Source of the DNA: a virus | Lineage: Duplodnaviria; Caudoviricetes | Virus record (IMG/VR): IMGVR_UViG_3300011559_000001 | Location: 192,001-256,000 of that record | Direction: 5' to 3' (one strand) | DNA: 64,000 nucleotides | In this document: positions 36,652 to 45,986 of the stretch, piece by piece | Numbering within the stretch: position 1 is the first letter of the stretch | How the letters are laid out: every line of letters starts with the position of its first letter | The notes under the pieces: generated by a model | What the model saw: the letters and a program-made list of their open reading frames with translations, nothing else | The model's database searches: none | What the model was told of the DNA's origin: nothing | Made by a program: the position numbers and the translations under genes

Positions 36652-38247
36652 GTGTTTTGCTGGGCTAGCCCCGGAATTAGAATAATCGAAGAGCCCAGTG
36701 CAACAAGGGGAAGTATCATTGACGCACTAATCGAATTCGACCCCGAGTCGATCGATCCACCCCTGCGCGCCCGCCGACGCGCAGGCATTGACAAGTGTCG
36801 GAAGTTCGACGGCATTACCACGCGTCTGGTGGACCTCGATCGCGACTTTGAGACGGCGGCTAACCCGCCGGTGATTGTCAACACCTTCAACGTCAACACT
36901 GCTGAAGACAAGCAGTTGCTGGACAACCTGATCTACACCTACTACGAAGGCGATAGCCTGAATGTGATTCCGACCTGTGACTGCGGTCGGACCAAGGGTG
37001 CATCCAAGATCGGCAGTCGCTGCCCCAAGTGCAATGGTGAGATCCGTCCGGTCAGTGAACGACCGCTGGAATCGCTGTTGTGGCTGGCTCCGCCTGACGG
37101 CGTGAGTACGTTCATCAATCCGCAGGTCTGGACCATGTTGTCCAAGGCCCTGACCCACGGTGGTGTGAACGGACTGGCATGGCTGTGCGATCCGACGATG
37201 TCGGTGGGCAACGAGCCCCATCGCGAGATCCGCAAGATGATGGATCTGGGCATCGAACGTGGTATCAACAACTTCCACGAGAACTTCGATGAGATCATCG
37301 AGCGTCTGTTCGGGGCCGGGGTGATCTCCGGTACCAGCCGCCGTCAGAAAGATGACCTGCACCTGTTCATCAAGCTCAACCGTGACAAGATCTTCTGCCG
37401 CCACCTGCCGATCCCCTCGCGCTTGGGTTTTGTGGCTGAACGATCCACCACCGGCTCCTTCGCCGATACCACGATGAAGACGGCCATCGAAGCGATCCGC
37501 ACGATCTCGGCAACCGTGCACTCGCTGATCCCGTTGGACATCCGTCGCCTGCAAGCGCGTACGGTCAAGGCCAACGAGTACCTGGCAGAGTATCACCAGG
37601 AGTACATGTCTGCTACGCTGACGTCCAAGCGTGGCTGGCTGCGTAAGAACGTGTTCGGCTCCCCGCTGTACTTCACGTTCCGCGCGGTGATCTCCTCGCT
37701 GTCTGAGCGTCACGAGTACGACGAACTGCATCTTCCGTGGGGTGTGGCAGTTTCCACCTATGCCATCCACCTGACGTCCAAGATGTATCGGATGATCAAC
37801 CCGGACACCAACCGTCCGTTCACTCCCAACGAAGTGCTCAAGCATCTTCGTGAGCACACGCTGCGTTACAGTCCGCTGCTGGACCAGCTGTTCAAGGAGT
37901 TGATCGCCGAATCGCCGTACAAGGGCCTGCCAGTCCTGTTCAACCGCAATCCGTCGCTGGACCGCGGTTCGATCCAGGAGTTCTTCGTCACCAAGATCAA
38001 CCCCGATCCGAAGATCAACGCCGTGGCCATGTCGGTCCTGACGCTGAAGGCGCCCAACGCCGACTTCGACGGTGACGCATTGAACGGCACACCGCTGTTG
38101 TCCAACCGCCTGGAGCGTGCGTTTAGCGTACTGGCTCCGCACCAAGGTGTTCTGGACTTGGACCGTCCACGCCAGATGTCCAAGAACCAGGCCATGCCGC
38201 CGCCGGTCGCAAGTACCATCGCGAACTGGTTGCACCGCGGCAAGTAA
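36652..38247 (+). CDS. Non-virion RNA polymerase beta' N-terminal subunit (phiKZ gp55-like)
   Basis: Zn-binding CDCG...CPKC, RAVISS, NRNPSL and catalytic NADFDGD; start codon uncertain. Confidence 0.9.
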   Translation: MFCWASPGIRIIEEPSATRGSIIDALIEFDPESIDPPLRARRRAGIDKCRKFDGITTRLVDLDRDFETAANPPVIVNTFNVNTAEDKQLLDNLIYTYYEGDSLNVIPTCDCGRTKGASKIGSRCPKCNGEIRPVSERPLESLLWLAPPDGVSTFINPQVWTMLSKALTHGGVNGLAWLCDPTMSVGNEPHREIRKMMDLGIERGINNFHENFDEIIERLFGAGVISGTSRRQKDDLHLFIKLNRDKIFCRHLPIPSRLGFVAERSTTGSFADTTMKTAIEAIRTISATVHSLIPLDIRRLQARTVKANEYLAEYHQEYMSATLTSKRGWLRKNVFGSPLYFTFRAVISSLSERHEYDELHLPWGVAVSTYAIHLTSKMYRMINPDTNRPFTPNEVLKHLREHTLRYSPLLDQLFKELIAESPYKGLPVLFNRNPSLDRGSIQEFFVTKINPDPKINAVAMSVLTLKAPNADFDGDALNGTPLLSNRLERAFSVLAPHQGVLDLDRPRQMSKNQAMPPPVASTIANWLHRGK

Positions 38248-38297
38248 GAGTGAGGCCCTTCGGGGCCTCTGTTTTCCTACCCAATCGAGAACGAGCA

Positions 38298-38633
38298 ATG
38301 ACCCAGAAGACCGATACCGATTTCGCCCGCGCACTGGCCCTGTCGCTGAACCAGGTTCTGCCGATCGCCAAGCGTGCCGCCCAGGCCGACGGCGTGGCCA
38401 ACGCCAATGCCAACCTGCGTCACCTCAATGACGTCAATGCCAACGGCGAAACGGACGCGTCCAACTTCAACAAGGCTCAGCTGGAGAAGGACGTGGCCGC
38501 CCACCGCGCCGACAACCAGCGCCTGCAGCGTGCCTCGCACCTGCTGCAGCAGTTCGACCAGACCGAGCAGCACGTGCGCGATCTGCCGGAGGACCATTTC
38601 GATGGCTCCTTCGAAGTGAAGTTCGAAGACTAA
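38298..38633 (+). CDS. Acidic-tail paralog 1
   Basis: LALSLNQVLPIA...EDHFDGSFEVKFED. Confidence 0.75.
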   Translation: MTQKTDTDFARALALSLNQVLPIAKRAAQADGVANANANLRHLNDVNANGETDASNFNKAQLEKDVAAHRADNQRLQRASHLLQQFDQTEQHVRDLPEDHFDGSFEVKFED

Positions 38634-38637
38634 GCGC

Positions 38638-38679
38638 CGGCATACAGCGGAGGGCCCAAGTGGCCCTCCGTCCTGTGCC
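38638..38679. terminator. Hairpin flanked by GGCATA and TGTGCC
   Basis: GCGGAGGGCC-CAAGT-GGCCCTCCGT. Confidence 0.65.
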
Positions 38680-38698
38680 CTCAATTGGATTTTTCTTT

Positions 38699-39175
38699 AT
38701 GTCTGACGTCAAGCCGACTTCGCTCTACCCCAAGCTGCCGGTCCTCAACCTCAGCTATGACAACACCCGTTACAGCTGCACCCCGATGTTGTCCTGTAGC
38801 GATACGGCCGAGATCCGCATCACAACGCGCGTCGGCCTGTTTGGTGATGAGGTGGTCCACCGCTATTCGATGGACCTGATGCGGCAGCTGCGCAATGACA
38901 AGCGCCAGTTGCCGGTCAAAGCCGTGCACGAGGCTAACCTGCGCTACCTCAACCGCATCGCAGGGCGCATGTTGCACGATGCAGGTGCCGGCCACAGTGA
39001 GCTGTGGCCTGTGGCAATCGTTGTCCAGTTGTCGCCAGATCTGGAAGCCTACCGGCGCTCTTTCGATGTCGAGGAATGGCAGCTGATCTTGACCGGTCTG
39101 GTATCGGGGGACGTGTTGGCCATGGATGTTGAGGCAGACGGGACCGTTCGCGGGAAGTCCTCCATTCGTAACTAG
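38699..39175 (+). CDS. Hypothetical protein
   Basis: ATG 38699, 158 aa. Confidence 0.7.
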   Translation: MSDVKPTSLYPKLPVLNLSYDNTRYSCTPMLSCSDTAEIRITTRVGLFGDEVVHRYSMDLMRQLRNDKRQLPVKAVHEANLRYLNRIAGRMLHDAGAGHSELWPVAIVVQLSPDLEAYRRSFDVEEWQLILTGLVSGDVLAMDVEADGTVRGKSSIRN

Positions 39176-39184
39176 GAGCCCACC

Positions 39185-39721
39185 ATGTACTTTGTCAATG
39201 GCGTCAACAGCCTCGGTGATCCGTACACCATTCATTTCTACCAGCACAACGGTGGCCTGATGGGCGAGGTCACTCCAGCCCACTCGTTGCCGAGGGGTGA
39301 GTTGGAGAAGGTGATGGCCGATTGGGGTAACGCCCATCTCCATGTGTTTGATCAACTGCCTGACTTCAATACCTCCCGCATCCAGAACATCATTGAAAAG
39401 TCCATGGCTGAGTTCCGTAAGGACCTCAGCACCATCACCCATGGTCTGCGGGAACGTCAGCAAGCATCCGACAACCTGACCCAGTTCTTGGGCGTCAGCC
39501 TGCGCGGTGTGTTACCCTACGCCATCGAGAGCGTGGCACAGCGCCGCTACCAGGCACAGCTCAACGAAGACCCCGAGGCCGCCGCCTCGGTAGCGCTGGC
39601 TCATCGTCAGATCGACCGCGCCGAAGCTGCACTGACAGCCTTGCGCGAATCGGACCTCAACATCGAAGCATTGAATGACGACGAACTTGATGGTGAGTTC
39701 ACGATCGTCTTCGAGGAGTGA
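39185..39721 (+). CDS. Acidic-tail paralog 2
   Basis: GGAG RBS; LGVSLRGVLPYA...DDELDGEFTIVFEE. Confidence 0.75.
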   Translation: MYFVNGVNSLGDPYTIHFYQHNGGLMGEVTPAHSLPRGELEKVMADWGNAHLHVFDQLPDFNTSRIQNIIEKSMAEFRKDLSTITHGLRERQQASDNLTQFLGVSLRGVLPYAIESVAQRRYQAQLNEDPEAAASVALAHRQIDRAEAALTALRESDLNIEALNDDELDGEFTIVFEE

Positions 39722-39723
39722 TT

Positions 39724-40263
39724 ATGGACATCAACAAACAGACGGCCGCCCGTGTCTGCAATCTGGTGGTCGAAGGCGTCAGTCCGCAGGTGGCTGCCCT
39801 CCAGGTGCTGGGGAGTGTCAATCATCCGGCTGTCGATGTGATCGAACAGTTGCAGCGTGCGGAAGGTGAGGACTATTCCCGTGCCATCCTGAAAGTGGCG
39901 GCCAAGGGGCTGGAGGAAATCGCCCCCGACCCCCGAGCTGACAACCTCGGCCGTGCTTTTGAGGTGATGGAGAATAAGCTGTATCAGGTTGGAGAGGAAA
40001 TAAACAAGGAACGTAGGTTGACCTGCGCCTTGGGCGTCGCCCTCCGTCAGGTATTGCCGTTTGCCGAAAACGAAGTGGCCAGTCTGCACGACGATGCACA
40101 ACGAGATGGTGATGAGGGGTTTGCCGAACAGGCCGAAGAGGGCAGTCGCTCCCTCCACCGTGCTCGAGTGCTGTTGGACAAGCTTGATAAGGGTCCCCTC
40201 TCGATTCGTCACACGAAGGACGACGCCTTCGATGAAGAGTTCCAGATCAAGTTCGAGGACTAA
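39724..40263 (+). CDS. Acidic-tail paralog 3
   Basis: GAGGAG RBS; LGVALRQVLPFA...DDAFDEEFQIKFED. Confidence 0.75.
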   Translation: MDINKQTAARVCNLVVEGVSPQVAALQVLGSVNHPAVDVIEQLQRAEGEDYSRAILKVAAKGLEEIAPDPRADNLGRAFEVMENKLYQVGEEINKERRLTCALGVALRQVLPFAENEVASLHDDAQRDGDEGFAEQAEEGSRSLHRARVLLDKLDKGPLSIRHTKDDAFDEEFQIKFED

Positions 40264-40380
40264 CCGGATCTGAAAACTATACCATCTCTTTGTAACAACA
40301 AGAGAAGGTTTAGGATGCAGTTCAGGTGAAGTGGATTTTTACAGGCCTTTCTAACACTATAGACTTCCAAGGGAAACGAA

Positions 40381-41001
40381 ATGGCAGTTTTGATTGATGG
40401 CGATGCCACGTCGTTTAGCGCGGCGCTCTATGGACGGCCACGCCAAGAGACCGTGCAGTTTCTGCAGCAACAGTTCGATGACCCTACCCGGGCCATGAAC
40501 TTCGCCAACAGTTCGTTCTACGAACGTTCGCGGCAGGTCTTTGAGGTGAAGTTCAGTGACGAAGCAATGGCCAAGTACGATGCCGTTGCCCGTAGCCTGA
40601 ACCGTATGTGGGACACGGACAACATCCGTGAGCTGCACACGCTGGAGGAGTTCAGGAACGCCAAACCGCGCATGCAGCGCTGGGTCATGGCCAACCCGTT
40701 CATCCGTACCCAGTTCAAGCAAGGACGTGTCGCCGGCTACGGCGAATCGTATATCGACCACAAGCAGCAGGGCATCGGCGAAGACCACTACGACTACCAG
40801 CTGGCGCGTAGCGGCTTTGCCACGTTCGACGATGAGAATGGGTGGACAGCGACCACCTACGCCGTCGAGCTGCTGGATGGCGATGAAGCACCGACGTTCT
40901 CCGAGCAGGTGGACATCGACCGGACCTGGGCACGCGCTGAAGCGCTGCTGATGTTTGGTAGTGATGACCCGACCTCGCCCGAAGGCGGCAAGTGGGGCTA
41001 A
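40381..41001 (+). CDS. Conserved chimallivirus protein (possibly phiKZ gp59/Imp3-like)
   Basis: 206 aa; MQRWVMANP, GYGESY and DPTS motifs; position after the nvRNAP gene. Identity rests on recall and synteny only. Confidence 0.5.
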   Translation: MAVLIDGDATSFSAALYGRPRQETVQFLQQQFDDPTRAMNFANSSFYERSRQVFEVKFSDEAMAKYDAVARSLNRMWDTDNIRELHTLEEFRNAKPRMQRWVMANPFIRTQFKQGRVAGYGESYIDHKQQGIGEDHYDYQLARSGFATFDDENGWTATTYAVELLDGDEAPTFSEQVDIDRTWARAEALLMFGSDDPTSPEGGKWG

Positions 41002-41009
41002 TTGAAAAA

Positions 41010-41057
41010 ACCGGGACCCTTCGGGGTCCCGGTCTCTGGAGAGAGATTTTCTTTTTC
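41010..41057 (+). terminator. Hairpin terminator
   Basis: ACCGGGACCC-TTCG-GGGTCCCGGT. Confidence 0.7.
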
Positions 41058-41068
41058 AAGGCTTAGCC

Positions 41069-41488
41069 ATGGTTACCCAAGTAATCCCCACGCTCAGCTT
41101 GGCCGGTTTTGTCCAGGACATGCCGACCAAGATTGACCGTATGCTGGCGTACTACCTGACCAGCGACTACTCCCAGTCCAACGTGTTCAAGGGCAGGATC
41201 CTGTCCCTGCAAAAGCACGTGCAGGCTTATCAGCATGACCTGCGCACGTTGACCACCAAGGTACGTGAAGATCTGGAAGGTTATTTCGGCGCGGTGTGTG
41301 ATGCACAAACCATCTCCGTGTCCGCAGAGACCCCCAACCCTGACGACCCCAACCGTATCAACCTGTCGATCTCGGCCATGCTGTACAAGGACGGCAAGGG
41401 CTACAGTCTGGGCAAACTGATTGAGACTCAAAACTCGATCACCCTGAGCATCATCAACCTGAACAACGAAGGCGTCGTTTCGTCATGA
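41069..41488 (+). CDS. Conserved phiKZ-like protein
   Basis: IPTLS...SDYSQS motifs, 139 aa. Confidence 0.7.
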   Translation: MVTQVIPTLSLAGFVQDMPTKIDRMLAYYLTSDYSQSNVFKGRILSLQKHVQAYQHDLRTLTTKVREDLEGYFGAVCDAQTISVSAETPNPDDPNRINLSISAMLYKDGKGYSLGKLIETQNSITLSIINLNNEGVVSS

Positions 41489-42198
41489 CCACCAAGCCGG
41501 CCAAGAAGGCCACCAAGAAAAGCACCGCTGTCCCCGCAGGCAAGGTCAACCTGACCCGCAAGCCGACCAAGCGGGTGGCTACACCCGCCACCCAGGCCCT
41601 GCTGGACAAACTCAACAGCGCCGATCCGACGCCCGCTCTGTCTGAAGCTGAACGTCGCGAACAGGGCCGTCAGTTCGCCGGCAAGATGCTGGGCGACATC
41701 GCCCGCCTGAACAACCAGGTCGCCTTCCTGCACGATCAGAACCAGAGCCACTTCCAGGAAATCAGCGACCAGCTGATCTTCCAGCACGAATGCATCCGCG
41801 TTCTGTTCGAGCACGCCCACCTGCCGATGCCGGTGCGCCAGCCGCGCCTGGTCGATGCCAAGATCGAACTGATCGCCCCGGCCGATGCCACCGACGAAGA
41901 CAAGACCCTCGAGCTGAAGGTCGCCGTCCACAAGAAGGCCCACCCGGTCTTCGGCAACGTCGAACTGATCCTGGGCGTGGGCAGTGATGCCAGCACGATC
42001 ACCATCGACAAGCTCAACCCGCTGGTCGGTCAGCGCCTGCAGGAATCGATCGCCGAGCTGAAGGCGACCAAGAAGCTCAAGTACGGCCAGTACTACTTCG
42101 TGAAGACCCTGCTCTTCCACGCCCGGCCGGTCACCGAAGACAGCCAGCCGGTCAACGGCGGCGCTGGCGAGGAAAACGGCGATGTCGAACAAGCATAA
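41485..42198 (+). CDS. Hypothetical protein with a Lys-rich, histone-like N-terminus
   Basis: MTTKPAKKATKKSTAVPAGK; ATGA coupling. Confidence 0.75.
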   Translation: MTTKPAKKATKKSTAVPAGKVNLTRKPTKRVATPATQALLDKLNSADPTPALSEAERREQGRQFAGKMLGDIARLNNQVAFLHDQNQSHFQEISDQLIFQHECIRVLFEHAHLPMPVRQPRLVDAKIELIAPADATDEDKTLELKVAVHKKAHPVFGNVELILGVGSDASTITIDKLNPLVGQRLQESIAELKATKKLKYGQYYFVKTLLFHARPVTEDSQPVNGGAGEENGDVEQA

Positions 42199-42763
42199 CG
42201 ACATTCCGCAGGACCCGGCGGAAAACCTTCCGGACATCACCGAAGCCTTTGCCATTTTGGCAGAGGCCACCCAGGTGGAAATCCCGAAGATGCCCGAGCC
42301 GATGTTCCGTGAGCATCTGCTGCCGATGCTCTCTGCGCCGGCCGGGGTCAAGACCGATCTGACCAAGTGGTTGGACGTGGCCGGCACGCCGCTGCGCGCC
42401 ATTGACGTGGTTGATCCCATCACCGGTGTCACGCTGTTCCGTGTACCGCCGCTGATGCGTTCACTGCCCACGGTCTACCAGCAGGAAGTGAACTACTCCA
42501 ACATCATCGTCGAAGCCAAGGCGCATGGTAACGTGCACTCCAGTCAGGAGGACATGTATCTGCGTCGTGAGTTGGCCAAAGCCAACATCGCCGGACCGAA
42601 GATCGATCTGGAAACGGCCGCGCAGTGGAATCTTATTCTGGCGCGCTATGATCTGCCCCTGCTGCCGATCCCCGGTGCAGAGCAGGCAGCAGCCTCCGGC
42701 GGGCTCCCGCTTCCGGCAGGTGCCGGCGCGTTGTCGGTCTCCGATGACCAGGACGATTTCTAA
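42182..42763 (+). CDS. Conserved phiKZ-like protein
   Basis: WLDVAG.P...LFRVPPL motif. Confidence 0.7.
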   Translation: MSNKHNDIPQDPAENLPDITEAFAILAEATQVEIPKMPEPMFREHLLPMLSAPAGVKTDLTKWLDVAGTPLRAIDVVDPITGVTLFRVPPLMRSLPTVYQQEVNYSNIIVEAKAHGNVHSSQEDMYLRRELAKANIAGPKIDLETAAQWNLILARYDLPLLPIPGAEQAAASGGLPLPAGAGALSVSDDQDDF

Positions 42764-42773
42764 GTAGGACAGC

Positions 42774-43892
42774 ATGAAGCCCGATTTGTATCTCGCCTCA
42801 CTTTCAGACATCCACACCGGCCACCCCAAGACATTGACGGAGGCCATCATCAACAGCCTGCGTCGTGCTTTGCCGGACGTGGAGTCCACGCATAAGCTGG
42901 ACCTGATCCTGTTTGGTGGCGACTTCTTTGATCGGCTTCTCCAGCTGAATCAATGGGACGTGCCCATGATCCTTGAATGGGCCGGCCTGTTCTTCCAGAT
43001 GGCCGAACGGGAAAAGATCTACGTGTATTTCATGGAAGGTACTCCCTCCCATGACTGGGGCCAGCAGCGCGTGCTGCAGGTCCTGAAGAAGCTGGGCATG
43101 GGTAAGCGCTATGTCCACTTTGTTGATGAGCTGAGCATCGTCCACAACGACGATCTGGATCTGGACATTCTCTTCGTCCCTGACGAATGGCGTCCTGAAC
43201 CGGATGACACGTGGATGGAAGTGCGTCAGCTGATGATGGACAAGGGTTTGGAACAGGTGGATTTCACGGTGCTACATGGCGCCTTTGATTTCCAGCTGCC
43301 CGCCCATGTCACCGTGCCCAAGCACATGTCTGAGCGCTACCAGAGCATCACCCGACATCGGGTGTACGGCGCACATATCCACACCCCTTCGGTCAATGGC
43401 AACATTCGAGTGAACGGGTCCCTGGAGCGGCTTTCTCACAACGAGGAAGAAGACAAGGGGCACTGGCGCTGTCAGTTCCGCGACGGTCAGGTGTTCAAAG
43501 ACACCTTCGTTGTCAATGAAGGCGCCAAGATTTACAAGACCTTCGATTACTCTGGATCGCAGGTAGATGAGGCCTTGGAATCCATCTCCGCCGAGGTGGT
43601 AAAATTGCCTGATGATAGTCACGTCCGGATCAAGGCCAACAAGGGCGATGGAATCTTGTCCAGCTTTGATGTGCTACGCAAGCGCTTCCCCAAGATCCAC
43701 TGGTCCTCCAAGGCGACCGAAGCTGAGGTCGTACAGAAGAACCTGCTGGTGGATCTGCGTGGTACCTTTGCCCAAGTGCAAATCACGCCCGACAATATCG
43801 CCGAGTTGCTCAGTGACCGACTGGACGGGTTGCGTCTGGATCCAATTGTCCTTGAGCGTTGTCAACAACGTATCCGGGAGATTGCCCGATGA
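42774..43892 (+). CDS. SbcD/Mre11-like metallophosphoesterase nuclease
   Basis: SDIH, GGDFFD, EGTPSHD, LHG and AHIH motifs. Confidence 0.85.
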   Translation: MKPDLYLASLSDIHTGHPKTLTEAIINSLRRALPDVESTHKLDLILFGGDFFDRLLQLNQWDVPMILEWAGLFFQMAEREKIYVYFMEGTPSHDWGQQRVLQVLKKLGMGKRYVHFVDELSIVHNDDLDLDILFVPDEWRPEPDDTWMEVRQLMMDKGLEQVDFTVLHGAFDFQLPAHVTVPKHMSERYQSITRHRVYGAHIHTPSVNGNIRVNGSLERLSHNEEEDKGHWRCQFRDGQVFKDTFVVNEGAKIYKTFDYSGSQVDEALESISAEVVKLPDDSHVRIKANKGDGILSSFDVLRKRFPKIHWSSKATEAEVVQKNLLVDLRGTFAQVQITPDNIAELLSDRLDGLRLDPIVLERCQQRIREIAR

Positions 43893-44737
43893 ACCACGTC
43901 ATGCTGGCGGCACTGGAAAACCGCGAGAAAGGACAGATCCCGGTTTCGATCGGGACGTCCTTGGCACTGGAAGCAGGGGCCGGGACTTACCCCGACCGCC
44001 CGGAGAGTCCGCCTCCGTTTACCCGTGCCAAGCAATTGTGGATTAATCTGCGCACGATTGTCCGTAATTTATATGGGTGCCTGTCCACTGATCTGAGAGA
44101 GTCAGTTCTACCGGATGATGTGTGGCAAGTGGCTCTTGAAGAGCTTGCCATCATCGACGCTGCGGTTGCCAAAGCGTCCATGGGCAACACCCAAGTAGTG
44201 TACTATGTCAGCGACTACAAGGGACTGGCAAAGCGCTACCCTGGGGCAATCTTGAAGGAGGCCAAGACCTCCCGACAGGTGATCCAACAAGAGCTGGAGA
44301 ACCGCACCCTGAAGCTGATGCTCGAACACAACCATCAGCAGAAGAACGTGCAGTTCTTTGACTTTGAAATCGAAGGTCAGCATCCTGACAGCTTCATCAT
44401 GACCCACCTGCCGGTGGACCTGCTGGCTCGCTACCGGTTTTCACGGCTGGAGCTGCTGGAGTCCCACACCGGCAAGATCAAAGGTCCTGCGGAGTGGAAC
44501 ACGAAACTGACCAACGGAAAAGAGCTGGCGAACATTCCGTTCAATAGCTTCACCCTGCAACTCTTCGGGGACAATGGCAACATGTTTTCTCCCCAGTCCA
44601 TTTCGATTCGTCGCGTCCTTTTGGAGGCGGCTCAGAAGTGGGGCTGGACCAACGTCAGCGGTATGGAACGAGTGCGTGACACGATCGGCAAGATCGCTAA
44701 CGACCATCATCGTGAACAGCTGGTGAAGTTGCTGTAA
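43889..44737 (+). CDS. Conserved phiKZ-like protein, possible PIN/5'-3' nuclease-like fold
   Basis: LWINLRTIVRN, TH.PVDLL and LLESHTG motifs; ATGA coupling to the sbcD-like gene. Confidence 0.55.
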   Translation: MNHVMLAALENREKGQIPVSIGTSLALEAGAGTYPDRPESPPPFTRAKQLWINLRTIVRNLYGCLSTDLRESVLPDDVWQVALEELAIIDAAVAKASMGNTQVVYYVSDYKGLAKRYPGAILKEAKTSRQVIQQELENRTLKLMLEHNHQQKNVQFFDFEIEGQHPDSFIMTHLPVDLLARYRFSRLELLESHTGKIKGPAEWNTKLTNGKELANIPFNSFTLQLFGDNGNMFSPQSISIRRVLLEAAQKWGWTNVSGMERVRDTIGKIANDHHREQLVKLL

Positions 44738-44790
44738 AAAGAGACGCACAAGTCTAATCCCTTGAGGACTATTAACTGGAACCCGCGACG

Positions 44791-45663
44791 ATGTCCGACG
44801 GCTACAATCGAAACAACAATCAACAGAACCCCAACGCCAAGCCGCCGAACGCGCTGAACGAGTTCAGCCTGAAGCTGACCGGCGAGCCGATCAACGGCAG
44901 CAAGCGTTCGCCCTCGCTGATGCTCAACGTCAAGCGTGACGGCAAGGCCGGTCCGTGGATGGTCAACTGCGAAGCGCGTACCGGCGTGGATGATGACAAG
45001 GACTACGGCAAGATCCCGTTCCTGCTGGACATCCCGACCGCCTTCATGGTGCTCGATGCCATCACCAAGCATGCCGACGCTGCGGCAGCTGGCAAGGAAG
45101 GCGATTTCACCAAGATCGAAATCTCCAACCGCCGCTTCATGCGCAACCAGAACGCATGGTCGAAGGAACCGATGCTGGAAGGCTCGATCACCATCGGTCA
45201 CACCACGGCCAAGCCCGAAGGCGGCGGCGGTGTGGTCTACATCGGCGTCAAGTCGTGGGATACCAACCGTCCGATCTGCAAGTTCCTGCTGAAGCCGATC
45301 GTCGACTTCCGTCGTGCGGTCAAGCTGTACCAGAAGGACGGCACCGAATGGGCCGAAGGTCCGCTGTCGCAGACCTACGCCCGTGCCTGGGCTCGCGCCA
45401 TGGGCCACATCCTGACCCAGCTGTACGCCGACGAGTTCGTCCCGCTTCCCCCGCGTGAGCAGGGTGGTAACGGTGGCGGCGGTGGTGGCTACGGCGGCGG
45501 TGGCGGTGGTAACCGCGGTGGTGGCAATTACGGTGGTGGTGGCGGCAACCGCAATGGCGGTGGCGGCGGCTACAACGGTGGCAACAACAATTCCGGCGGC
45601 GGCAACTCCGACGGTGGCGGCGCAGCGGCCAGTGGCGGCTGGGACGACGACATTCCGATGTAA
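44791..45663 (+). CDS. chmC: Probable nucleus-associated nucleic-acid-binding protein ChmC
   Basis: Directly upstream of the gp68-like gene; Asn-rich N-terminus, Gly/Asn/RGG-rich C-terminal low-complexity region, WDDDIPM end. Assigned by synteny and architecture. Confidence 0.6.
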   Translation: MSDGYNRNNNQQNPNAKPPNALNEFSLKLTGEPINGSKRSPSLMLNVKRDGKAGPWMVNCEARTGVDDDKDYGKIPFLLDIPTAFMVLDAITKHADAAAAGKEGDFTKIEISNRRFMRNQNAWSKEPMLEGSITIGHTTAKPEGGGGVVYIGVKSWDTNRPICKFLLKPIVDFRRAVKLYQKDGTEWAEGPLSQTYARAWARAMGHILTQLYADEFVPLPPREQGGNGGGGGGYGGGGGGNRGGGNYGGGGGNRNGGGGGYNGGNNNSGGGNSDGGGAAASGGWDDDIPM

Positions 45664-45679
45664 TAATCGGGCAACGGCG

Positions 45680-45707
45680 GAATGGGGCCTTCGGGCCCCG
45701 TTCTTCT
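45680..45707 (+). terminator. Hairpin terminator
   Basis: GAATGGGGCC-TTCG-GGCCCCGTTC-TTCT. Confidence 0.7.
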
Positions 45708-45986
45708 CCCCCATTCATTAGGCCCTTTAGAAAGCCTAATGCTATTAGCCGAGGAACTTCATGAAACCTGTGACGTCCGTGGTGACCTTGTAAGACCTGT
45801 AAAGACCAATCGAAAACTCTCGCTCACAATGACGCTGATGCGCATTGCGGGCGGGTAGGAGACATGGTGTCTCCACCAGAGTGGGACGGTATGCCGCATA
45901 AAAGCTTCGAGAATCTAGTCCATTCAAAAAAGAAACAGGCGTATACTATCCCCATGTAAGTCATCCCGCAAGGATAAACACCCGCC

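Noticed and set aside
45470-45640. GGC/GGT-rich repeat tract
   Set aside because: Encodes the Gly-rich protein linker; not a DNA repeat element or CRISPR array
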